A stretch of 63,967 bases of DNA, filler included, from Reticulomyxa filosa (Eukaryota > Protista > Foraminifera), in NCBI GenBank assembly GCA_000512085.1. It is 18 parts of 18 records of this genome, joined end to end, with 100 filler letters (N's around TTAATTAATTAA, not from the genome) between each part and the next. Parts side by side here need not be neighbours in the genome. Positions count along the whole stretch, not along the records: positions 1 to 7,070 come from ASPP01007292.1; positions 7,171 to 11,497 come from ASPP01050075.1; 16 more parts are not named here. One strand, written 5' to 3'. Positions 1 through 10,458 of this stretch are shown piece by piece. Position numbers and translations under genes: made by a program. Positions within the stretch are counted from its first letter, which is position 1; each line of letters starts with the position of its first letter. The notes beneath the pieces are model-generated. The model was not told where the DNA came from. It searched no databases and worked only from the letters and a program-made list of their open reading frames with translations.

Positions 1-47
1 AAAAAAAAAAAAAAAGAAGTACAAAAAATGCTAAATCAATATCATAC

Positions 48-1832
48 CTTTTTTGTCCACAATGACACATCGCTCTTTTCTGGGACTCGAAAGTCCATAA
101 GCATCTTTCAAATATTGCGCATAACTAATTTTGTCTCCAGTCTGTTCGCGCAATACGTAAAAAAAATGTTAGTGTAACTGTTTTTAAACAATAATAAATA
201 AACTAACTCTGAGCTCAAATTTGGAATTCTCATCTTGAGAAAAGTCAATATCAGCAATCAATTGCGTTTGTCGACTATACGTGACACAAAAATAACGATT
301 TTTAAAATCTTCTCTAATATCTTGTTGAACTTTCAATGAACTGAAATCCAAATTCGCAATCATGTCATGAATAGTGGAAGATGACACCAATCTGGATACT
401 GTATCGGCTTTAAATAACGCATATTGTGGCGCATCGGTTGAGCTCGACAGTACTTGCACAGAGCACTGTTACATTTTTTTTAAAAAAAATTACATCAAAT
501 AGGGATTTCTTTTTTTTTGGAGACACTCACTTCAAAGCCTGGCAATACTAAGCAGTTTTCAACATTGACTGGTTTCATGTTGGGTATGTCTGATCCCTGC
601 TTTCCCAAAAACCATCCTTGTACAATTCTTGTGAGGCCACATGCTTGCATGATACGTCGACTGAAGATATTCAGCAATGCTTGTTGCTGGTCTGTTGTCA
701 TTTCTGGGGAATTGATATACAGTGAATTATACCATAAAAAGATCACCGTATCTATACATTTTTTTTTTGCATTTATTTCATCTCTTTCTAGCTTGTGCAC
801 TTCTTGAAAGAACAATAAATAAATAAAAAAAAAGCCAAAACCAAACTATCTGATGATAAATTATCGATTCGTGGAGGATATGACTTTTTGCCAAAGGCAT
901 ACAGGGCGTGATTGTCAAACACATAGTTATCGAACGTATCTCTGAGAATAGAATCATTTCTCATTTGGGTTTCCCTATTATTATTTTTTTTTTGAGTGTA
1001 CGTATCAAAGTATACGTACGTACAAAAGTACTTCAAAACTTGTCTGTTCCCAGCACCATTTGCCGACGTAAAGCTGATTCTCTTGGATCGATTTCGCTCT
1101 TAAATGTGATTACATAATGCGCAATCGGAATGGTGATCATTTCACCGGTCACAATATATGAATTCGTCACAACGTTCGGGATTTGCTGCATTTTTTTCTC
1201 GCCAAAATGAGTAGGGAGCTCTTCGAATTTGGCTCTGTGCTCTTCATAATACGACTGCCCTGTTTTTTCGTCCACTTCTGGTGGAATAGTGCTACTTTTT
1301 ACGTTGGTTTCACGATTGTAATAATAGCACGATTGATCAGTTAGAGACTGTGCCTTAATCCATGGGGTCTACGTATATATATATAAAAAAAAACTTCTTT
1401 GGAAGACTGAGTCAGTCAACAACAAAAAAATAAGAAGCAGCTGTTGTTTTTTTGTTTTTTTGTTTTTTTAAGGAACTTAACTTTGTCAAACATCCAACAT
1501 TTCATAAGACCGATGCCAGGAAAATCTGGGTTCAATTTATCCACTTCATCCATTAATGCTTGACTGGCCTTATCGTGGAACTTTACATGTTGAGGTTTTT
1601 TGTTTTCTCGGCCTCCATCACGGCCTCTTCCTTCTCTTGCTCTTCTTGTACCTCTCTCTCTTTCAAAACCCCTGCTCCTTCCTCTTCCTCTTCCTCTTCT
1701 TGTACCTCTTTCTCTTTCAAAACCCTTGCTCCTTCCTCTTCCTCTTCCTCGGCCTCTGCTCCGTCCTCCACCCCTGCCTACATCATCTCCTTCCCATCCT
1801 CTGCCTCTTTGTCCTCGACCAGCATAACTCAT
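48..1832 (-). CDS. PIWI-clade Argonaute, 5' half (RG repeats, WW-like domain, N, L1, PAZ); runs off the window before MID/PIWI
   Basis: Manual splicing joins several short ORFs through GT-AG introns at 1481-1369, 1039-975, ~846-806, 530-466, 207-142 and 47->. The product has Piwi-type motifs in the right order: RG repeats; 'VVTNSY..IAHYVITF..IDPRESALRRQM'; 'NYVFDNHALY'; 'QALLNIFSRRIMQACGLTRI..LVLPGFECSVQ..FKADTVSRLV'; and PAZ 'VTYSRQTQLIADIDFSQDENSKFELRTGDKISYAQYLKDAYGL'. Confidence 0.88.
1641..1748. repeat. Tandem 54-bp duplication in the Piwi RG-rich N-terminus
   Basis: Two near-identical units start at 1641 and 1695 (TCTTCTTGTACCTCT..TTTCAAAACCC.TGCTCCTTCCTCTTCCTCTTCC). They encode GRGRGRS[K/R]GFERERGTRR twice on the minus strand. 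Confidence 0.9.
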
Positions 1833-2498
1833 TTTTTCGCTTATTTTAACTTAAGACACTAAATTCTAAAAATTCATTTTCAAATCCTATTATCAAAGTG
1901 ATTAAGTACCAAGATTATCTCTTTTGATTTTTGTTTTAATTTGATTAAAAACAAGGCATATATAAATATATGTATATTAATACAGAAACTAATTTGTAAA
2001 AATAGTCTCCAAAGTGAAGATATATCAACAGTTGCAAAAAATATTTTATTTATAGAGTAGCTAAAAAATTATTATTAGGAAAAGAAGAAAAATGAATAAA
2101 TTTGATTGAATCATTAATGAAAATAACAATTACCAACAATAAATTTATTAGAAAATAATGAAAAGGATAAGATTGTATCAAAATGAATTACAATAATAGT
2201 AAATTAATTAGGAATTTTGTGATATTCTGTGATTACAATAGTTTGAAAAAAGGCAAAAGACAATGTAAAAAATATTATAATTCAAAACATTAACTATTCT
2301 TTGATACTTTAAGATTAAATTTAACAAATAGCAATTGATCAAATCAAATTATAATATATTTCACAATCAATGTTGAAAATCTGCTTTTCTTTTTAAATTT
2401 TTATTTTTATATATAATCAAGTCCTTTGTCGGACTTGATAAAAAAAAGCTCAAGAATTTTTTTCATCTTACATAATCTAAACAAAAGATTTTGAAAGC

Positions 2499-3869
2499 AT
2501 GACTACTTCTTATAATGAAAAACAAAGTTTAACTCAGCAAACATTGGTAAACTTCTTTTCAATCTTTCAGAAAACAGACTTCTTTTAGATTTTTACATAC
2601 TTTGTGGTTAATCAGTCAGAAGAAGAAGAAGAAGACGTTCAATTAATTGTCCAACATTGGGTTCGAACTTTAAACATTAAATTAGGATGGATTCATGACT
2701 TTGACAAACTTATTGTCAATTATGTTATGTTTATTTGTTTTTCATTAAATGATATATATATAAATATATGCTATCTTTATTTAATACAGGCAACTACATT
2801 CTTTATATTTGATACCTTTTGCTCATTATCCAAATTACTCAAAACATTCAATGCACACAAAGATTGTGTAAATAGTATTGATTATTCAATATTCAATGGT
2901 GGTCAATTTATTTGTTCTGGATCAGGTGATAAAACAGTTAATGTATGGGATGTAGAGACTAATGAAAAAATTCAATCATTCAATGGACATTCAGGTTATG
3001 TATATTGGGTGAAATTTTCACCATATCATTATCATAATAATCGTCAAAATGTCATTTGTTCTTCATCACATGACAAAACAATTCGTTTTTGGGATATCAA
3101 AGATAATCAACAATTACAAATATTTAATGAACATACTGATGGTGTTAGTAGCATTGAATTATCATCATTTAATAATAGTCGATATTTATGTTCTGGATCT
3201 GCTGATAAGACAATTCGTTTATGGGATATTGAAATATCCAAATCATTACATGTTTTCAATGGACATACAGATGATATTTGGTGTGTAGATTTTTCACCAT
3301 TGCAAAGTAATAGCAATAAAGATAATAGTATTGGAGTGATTGGTGGTAATGGATATACAATTTGCTCTGGATCATCAGATAATACCATTCGTATATGGGA
3401 TATTGAAACAACAGAACAATCAATTTTACTTAAAGGACATGATGAAACGGTAATGAGTGTAAAATATGGATCAAATGAATTAGGGAGCAATGGTGCAAAT
3501 ACAATATTATCTGGATCTGTTGATAAAAGTGTTCGTTTGTGGGATATTCGATCTAGTCAGCAAGTTCAAAAGTTTATTGGACATAAATATTTTGTGTATG
3601 CTGTAGAATATTCATCATTTATAATAAATAATAGTGAAATTGGTTATAATTCAAATGTAATATGTTCTGGATCATTAGATAATACAATTCGTTTTTGGGA
3701 TATTCGATCAAATAAAAATGTATTGTATATGATCAAAGGAAATGACAAAGAAGATTATGGGATATATTGTCTTAAGTTTCTAGGATTGAAAAAAAAAGAA
3801 AAGAACAATAATTCTGGTTTGAACTTATATTACGGTTCAGGTGGGGGTTTTATTCATATTTGGGGATAA
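2499..3869 (+). CDS. WD40-repeat beta-propeller protein with an N-terminal 'LGWIxDFD' module
   Basis: Repeated GH..SGS.D.T(I/V)R.WD motifs. Likely ATG at 2499, introns 2547-2615 and 2724-2789 (both phase 0), stop TAA at 3867-3869. Confidence 0.93.
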
Positions 3870-4049
3870 ACATATATTAAGTAAACTTTTTTAAAAATTG
3901 AATCATATTTACTTTAAATGAATTTATTTTGCTTGTCATTTTTGTTTTTTGAAGAACAAAGAAAAAATTTGAAAGATATTATCATCACATTTTTTTGCTT
4001 ACTTAAAATATCACGAAATTTCTTTAATTAAAAAAATTAATTATAAACT

Positions 4050-5292
4050 TTATTTCTTTTTACTGTATTTAAATATGATTTGATCAAAATCATCGATCCA
4101 TCCTAATCTTATCTTTAAAATTCGGATCCAATATTGATTCCAAAATTTTATTTCATTTTTTGACTGTTGATTATTTATTATTTGTTAATTAATTTTATCA
4201 AGTATAATTTATTTTATATTTAATAAATTAAAAAAAAATTATTACCAAATGTGAAATATCCCATACACGCACTTTTGTCTTCGTGTGAGTTTGTACTATG
4301 ATATTTTCATCATTTCGTCCTCCAATCATATGTATATGAATATTGTCTTCGCTTAATATCGCAACACAGCTTTTTAATGGATTGGGTAAAATGTTTTGAA
4401 ATATCGTCCATTTATTTTCTTGAATTACATATTTGTAAACTGATTTTGAAATAGGTTTCCCAGTATTCCATCCACCAAAAAACAAAATAATATCATTAAC
4501 ACGTATATATGCATATTCATTGAATGGTGCAATATTATAACAAACAAGTAGTTTATAAAATTGAAACGTGTTGTTATCTTCATCATATTCAATTGATAAA
4601 CCTGCATTTTCACAAAATAATATCATTTCATATTTTTTTTTATTTCTTTTCATCATTTCTTCATCATTTTCTGATTTTGATACAAAGCAATGAAAGCTTA
4701 TTACATTATTAATTTGAAAATAATCGTGATTAATAAATTGAAATGTATTTAAATCAAATATACTAATATTTCTTGGAAAATAAGTAATAAATAATAAATT
4801 ATTGTTATTACTTCCACCAATTATTGCACGCGCACCACAATAATTATCTTTATCTCTTCCAATGATAATTGGATTATTGTGATTATCTGTAAAAGGAATC
4901 CATTGATTATAATTCTTTGTTTTGTTTATTTCATTATTATTCCAAACACTTATATATTTCATCACTAATGTGTGTCTTGTATCTTTATATCCACCAAAAG
5001 ATAATAAAGTGATTTTATCATTATTGTTTTTTTTCAATTTTACTACACAGTGTCCAGATAATGTAACATGACTTGGATACTCACATATAAATTTATATTC
5101 GTTTTTGAGTATATGATAAGAATAACAAGCCATTTTATTATAACATCCAAAAATGAGGATTTCGTGTTTATGTGACACACATTGAGACTGAGAAAGTGGA
5201 ATAGGCAAATCCTTTAAAGTTTGAAAGGTAGTTGAAGTAATAATATACTGACTTTGTTCAGGAGATTTTTGTGTTGTAGTTTGATTAGCCAT
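4050..5292 (-). CDS. Kelch-type beta-propeller protein with a C-terminal 'LGWIxDFD' module
   Basis: GG-containing Kelch-like repeats (LLSFGG, AIIGG, LFFGGW..VYKY..NKW, MIGG). Exon 1 is 5292-4246, intron 4245-4164, exon 2 4163-4050 encoding SKNEIKFWNQYWIRILKIRLGWIDDFDQIIFKYSKKK*. Confidence 0.88.
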
Positions 5293-6149
5293 GTTGTTCT
5301 TTTTAAAAAAAGGAGACGTGACAATAAATTATTTAAATAAAAACAAATTCAAATATTTTTTTTTTTGTAAGGAGATATATACATATATACTTGTCTATTT
5401 GTTATTTAAATTAATAAATTTGGTGTACGTTGTCTTATAAGCAAAAATAATCATTTTATTGAATATATCAATTATATCATCTTCAAACTTTCTTATTCAC
5501 ATTGTGTTTATTTTGGATCTAAAGAGTTCATGCAATTCGACGAATATCTTCAAAAGAATTCTGAAGCAAAAAATAAAAAATGAAAGCTTTGACGACAAGT
5601 TTAAAAAAATGGCACTCGGTTGTGTTCAGTACTCTTCTCTAGTGGACTGGTGTCTAGTCAATACAGAAACAAGGAAATCTTCAATCCAGAGATGATGCAA
5701 AATTACAGAAAATTCAAAAGCAATACACAACTTAAAAATTGTTTTTAACATGAACAAATTTTCGTTGCAAATACATTTTTTTAGCATTGCAGAATATTAT
5801 TCAACGCTTACGAATTTTTAACGTATTTACCTTTCATCTTGTATAATAACAATATATTCTTTGTTTGTATTCTTTAAAAAAGAAATAGTTGTAATTCAAC
5901 TATTTTCAATCAAAGTGACATTTATTCTTTTGCCGTTTATAATCAACATATGTATTTTTTGTTCATTTTATTGTAATAATTTCTGTTGAAAGGCAACAGA
6001 CTTGATTCTACAAAAATACCACATATTTCAAGGAATTAAATGTAGATAATTTTCTCTCTAACTTTCTTAATATCATGATCGCTTCTCCACAATTGGTATG
6101 CTTTCAATTTCTTTATAAATGTTCTATCCTTTTTCCATTTGTAAATATC

Positions 6150-6540
6150 AATGTCTTGCAGAAGTAGTCCTTTCTTGTTTTCTTGCTTTGCTTCTATATA
6201 CTTTCATCGTTCAACTGCTACCAACCATTTCATCATTACTTTTAATCATGATTAATTGCTCTTGCTTCAATATGATATGACTACATATCATTGTTGATTT
6301 GATTTGGCAATGACAATAACGAATCGCCAGATGTTTTACCAATTAATTTTTGGCTTCCAATAAGTTAAAATTATTTACTTTCGCTTTTGTATATGTATCT
6401 ACTTGCTTCGCTTGGTAATAATATCATAGTTCAATAATACCAATTAAATCAAATATATTGAATAGTGAATATCGTGGCATTATATCTCTTAATCCAATAA
6501 ATTTCTGGACATTAAATGTTCTTACTCTTCTGACAATCAA
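6150..6540 (-). mobile_element. Possible heavily decayed non-LTR retrotransposon endonuclease relic
   Basis: The minus strand reads 'IVRRVRTFNVQKFIGL...FNIFDLIGIIEL', loosely like the APE/EEP start (TxNV..DIIGLQE). There are many stops and no long ORF. Confidence 0.25.
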
Positions 6541-7070
6541 TAATTGGCAATTTATAGATGTGACCACGAGCTTGCAATCGGTGAGAATAATCACTCTTCC
6601 ACAATGGGAAAAAAAAATCTAAAAAGTTGTTTTTGGAAGGGAATTGAAGTTGGACAAGTCAAGATACTAAGACATCTTTGGAAATATGTATTTGAGATTT
6701 TGAAAGAAAGTTTTATTAGGGAAATTTGTTTTAATTGGAAAATTATTGCATAAATTTATTTGGAACCCTTGAAGATGGTCATTGGAAAATCAAAGGGACA
6801 TTACAAATTTGTTATTTGGAAGACATGAAAAGCAAGAATATTTAATTAAAAACATCCAATCGTTGAAAGAGGAAAATATAAGACAGTTATTTTCAGTAAA
6901 TATTGCAAAGACAGATAAAGGAAAAGCAGAAATGTTGGTATAATGCGGTTCAAAACAAATACAATTCAGAGGTTTCCGACTCATTGCTTCGTCATTCATT
7001 CATCACTGTTATTCGCCCTACTCCTCTGCATTGATTAAGTCACGTAAAAATCTCTTCGGATGTTGATGTG

Positions 7071-7170
7071 NNNNNNNNNNNNNNNNNNNNNNNNNNNNNN
7101 NNNNNNNNNNNNNNTTAATTAATTAANNNNNNNNNNNNNNNNNNNNNNNNNNNNNNNNNNNNNNNNNNNN
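7071..7170. other. Artificial contig linker N44-TTAATTAATTAA-N44 (first of 17)
   Basis: The same 100-nt linker, with stops in all six frames, occurs at 7071, 11498, 13698, 15257, 20354, 24089, 26836, 30460, 32415, 34013, 39080, 41035, 46378, 47693, 54690, 61541 and 62860. Confidence 0.98.
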
Positions 7171-8374
7171 TGACCACGCCATCAAAGGTGGACTCGTTCG
7201 CTTTTTACGAGACAATGGTGATTTGGCCATTTGGATTCGGGCCCACTTGCAACTCTTGCTTCATCAGGACTGAAATCCCAAGGCAAAAGAAAGAATGAGT
7301 TTGTGTATGCGTATGTGTGTGTGAGAAGAAGTGTAAGAATAAGTAAATAATAGAAAAAAATAAAAGGGAGAAATATTATTTGTGATTGCGCGTTGCAAGT
7401 GTTATACATATATATTGTTTGAGTATCTTAAACTTAGAGTGCAACAATTATTACTGCTTTTAAGGCACAAGAAATAAATAATGCCAATTTTTTGTTTTGT
7501 TTACTGTACGTCTTTTATGTTGATCATCATCATTAAATACGTTTCTTGCTCTTTTTAAAGAAGTGCTGGAAAAAGAGTGCTTCTTGTTTGAGTGTTGGCT
7601 TTGGTCAAAGTTACAACAAGGGCAGTACAATACACTGAGCTAAATAAATAAAACAATTGGATGATACAAATACATATTATGCAATAATCAATGCACGACC
7701 TAACAACAATAAAGTCAGTTACAAAATGGAAAATAGAGATGGGTAAGTGCTTTTTCTTTTACTGAATTTACGATAGACTGTTATATTCTATTTTGTCTTT
7801 ATTTCTCAAAAATGATTGATATTGGCATAAATATGTTTGCAAAAGGCCATTTCGTTTTGAAACTTTTGAAAGAAAGAACACCGAGTACTAAAAAATGCAG
7901 AGAAAAAAAGAAAAGGACAATTAAAAAATTCTAACAACCACATCACACCATTTGGGGCATTTGCAACAAAATAGAAAAAGAAACAATCTTGGATGTTTGC
8001 TTTTTCTTTTCTTAGTCCCCAGTAGAATAAAAAAAAGTAAGATGCTGATACTATTGTCCAGCTTTTTGCAATTTCACCACGTGTTTTGTATTGGTGCCCT
8101 TTATTGATAAAGTCATCCCTTTACTTCTTGGACGGCAGTCAAAAGAATGAATTACGCTTTGTACTACCCAACTTAATTATTTAAACTTTTAAAGTCAGAA
8201 CAGTTTGATTGTATCCATGAAAATGAATATTATGAAATTTTGTAATATTGGAATTGCTTTTTAACGCAGAAAAGGAGCTAAAAACGTTTAAGTCGCTTGG
8301 CACAAAGTAGTCTGACCTTGATATACGCTGCTTGGGCTTTTTTTTTTTACAAAAGATTGATTCTTGTTGGTCAA

Positions 8375-9444
8375 ATGAAATCAAACCACGTGTCTCAAAA
8401 TGTGGGGAAACCACAACACGATTGCAAATTTGTGGTGACAATTCGCGATACACCAACAAGCAACGAAGGAGTGAACGGAGAAGCGAAGGAAAATGATAAT
8501 ATTGAGAACCAACAAGGAAAGTTGGAGTTTTATGCGTATTTGAAGATTGAAGGAATAAGAGTGTATGGTAGCAAAGACACACCGCTGCGCTTCGTTAAGA
8601 CTCAAGGAATGCAAGAGATAATAGAGTCAGGAATACCAGCCAGCGTACTTGATGAATACGAGGGACCAATGTTGAAAAAGTGTGAACAATTTTATACCAA
8701 CCTGTTTGAATGGGAAGAAAGCCAGTTGCTTTGGGAAATTGGATTTAAAAAAGTTAATAATAATAATGATAATAATAAAAAGACAGCTGGCTCCAAAACA
8801 TGAATAATTTGTTTGTTTGGTTGATTGGTTGAAACGGATAGGTGGAGAGAGGGATAGATGAAGAAAAAGAAAGTGATGAAGGGATAGAGTGGATAAATTT
8901 GAAAAACAAAACCTCCAACGGGGAAGCGAAATTACGAGAATTTCTAGAAGAAACAAGGCAAAATATGGAGTTGTTGACAAAGTGCTTAAAGTTGAAAATC
9001 CGAGTGCGTGTGGAGTTGAAAAGTTGGGAGGTGATATTGCATTACAAAAAGATGGAGCAAATTCGAAGCAATGCAGAGAGGTACGTAAAGCTTCCGTTGG
9101 GACACGTGTGAAGCGGGGTAAAGATTGGGACGACAAGGTGTATCGCTCGTGCGACGGAGGCAATGGAAACGAAGGCATTTTATTTGCTTACGGGGATATA
9201 TTGTTTGAAGAAAAGGATGATGACAACGTATGGGTATATTGGACCAAGACCGGGGTGCAAAAATTGATGAGATATGGATGCGACAGTAAGTTGGATATTA
9301 GCGCATGTGAGCATGAAATAATGGAAATTCCTTCCAAGAAAAGGAGATGTCCTAATTTGTTATGTAAAAAAAAAAATTGGAGGCTGTGGATATTGCCAAC
9401 GGTGTTTTTTATGTCAAGCATGCTGCGAAAAGCATATTAGTTGT
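8375..9444 (+). CDS. Probable 5' part of the AIG1 GTPase gene, with a MIB/HERC2 domain (9096-9300) and a Cys-rich zinc finger; frameshifted in this assembly
   Basis: ATG at 8375, intron 8753-8841. 'VGTRVKRGKDWDDKVYRSCDGGNGNEG..VWVYWTKTG..MRYGCDSKLDI' fits the MIB/HERC2 pattern GxRVxRGxDW..DGG.G..V.W..R.G..D. Removing one A from the A11 run at 9366-9376 joins it in frame to the 9445 ORF. Confidence 0.62.
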
Positions 9445-10458
9445 GTGGTTCCTGAAATGGGTAACTTGACTGAATTTGTGCCTTGCCTTGATGAGTGCGG
9501 CGCAGCTCTGTATAGAACCAGAATTGCCCTTTCCTATGGAAATGTAACAAATGTGGTGTGCAATAAATGCAAAAAACAGACTCCATCCTTTTCCCTTGAT
9601 CATCCTTCTCCTTCCAGTGATCGTTATTTCTATCATTGCCTAAGGGGATATTCAAAATGCAGTTATGATCACCGGAGAGGTTATGACTTGTGTTCGAAAT
9701 GCGGGTCCTTGCACCAACTCCAAACTAATATCAATGCCAATGAATTGCATATTGTGGTAATTGGAGACATTGGAGTCGGCAAAAGCACTTTTTGTAACAA
9801 CATCCTAGGACAGCGAGCTTTTGACTGCTCCGGTAGTCTTCATGCTTGCACGTCGAGAGTGAGCGATCGTCATGGCAAATGGCTTGGAAAAGGGAGGCTT
9901 ATTCATGTCATTGATACCCCTGGCTTGAACGATCCCAATCACTCAGATGCAATTCTAGTCTCATATGCCGCCGAGTTTTTGAAAAAATCCGCCGTTAATA
10001 TACACGCGTTTTTGCTTCTTTTGGATGGGACCCAATGTCGCAATACCACACATTATGAGGAAATGTGCAAGCTGTTTGAACAGCACTTTACTAAAAAGTT
10101 TTGGATGAATATCATCATTGTCTTCACCAGATGCGATCAAGATCAAATGTACACGTGGGAAAAATATAAAACTGCGCACGAAGATATGGTCAGAGAATGG
10201 AAAAGAAAATTCCAAATTTCCCAAAACATTGACGTTTTTCATTTGTCCGGAAAGGACAAGCATTCCTCATTCTTTGCTGAGCTATTACAGTCTATTGAAA
10301 GTCGTCCTCTTCTTCGCTGTGATTTGATGGAAAGATACAAGCTGTATGCTTTAAAGAATCAATTTTGTAACACTTCTGAGAGTAAAACGCAAGCGGAAGT
10401 TAGAGCTCATTTCGAAAGAAATGTCCTCCGAACAAACAGTAAATGTACTATCTTGTGA
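9445..10458 (+). CDS. AIG1/GIMAP-family GTPase with a ZZ-like zinc finger and C-terminal CaaX (CTIL)
   Basis: G1 GDIGVGKST, G2 'HACTS', G3 DTPG, 'IHAFLLLL' and G4-like 'IIVFTRCD'. Upstream 'CNKC..YFYHC..GYDLCSKC'. Ends SKCTIL*. Confidence 0.9.
   Translation: MVPEMGNLTEFVPCLDECGAALYRTRIALSYGNVTNVVCNKCKKQTPSFSLDHPSPSSDRYFYHCLRGYSKCSYDHRRGYDLCSKCGSLHQLQTNINANELHIVVIGDIGVGKSTFCNNILGQRAFDCSGSLHACTSRVSDRHGKWLGKGRLIHVIDTPGLNDPNHSDAILVSYAAEFLKKSAVNIHAFLLLLDGTQCRNTTHYEEMCKLFEQHFTKKFWMNIIIVFTRCDQDQMYTWEKYKTAHEDMVREWKRKFQISQNIDVFHLSGKDKHSSFFAELLQSIESRPLLRCDLMERYKLYALKNQFCNTSESKTQAEVRAHFERNVLRTNSKCTIL

Noticed and set aside
1556-1862. Overlapping Leu-, Ser-, Pro- or Glu-rich ORFs
   Set aside because: They are alternate-frame or antisense shadows of the purine-rich RG repeat exon of Piwi.
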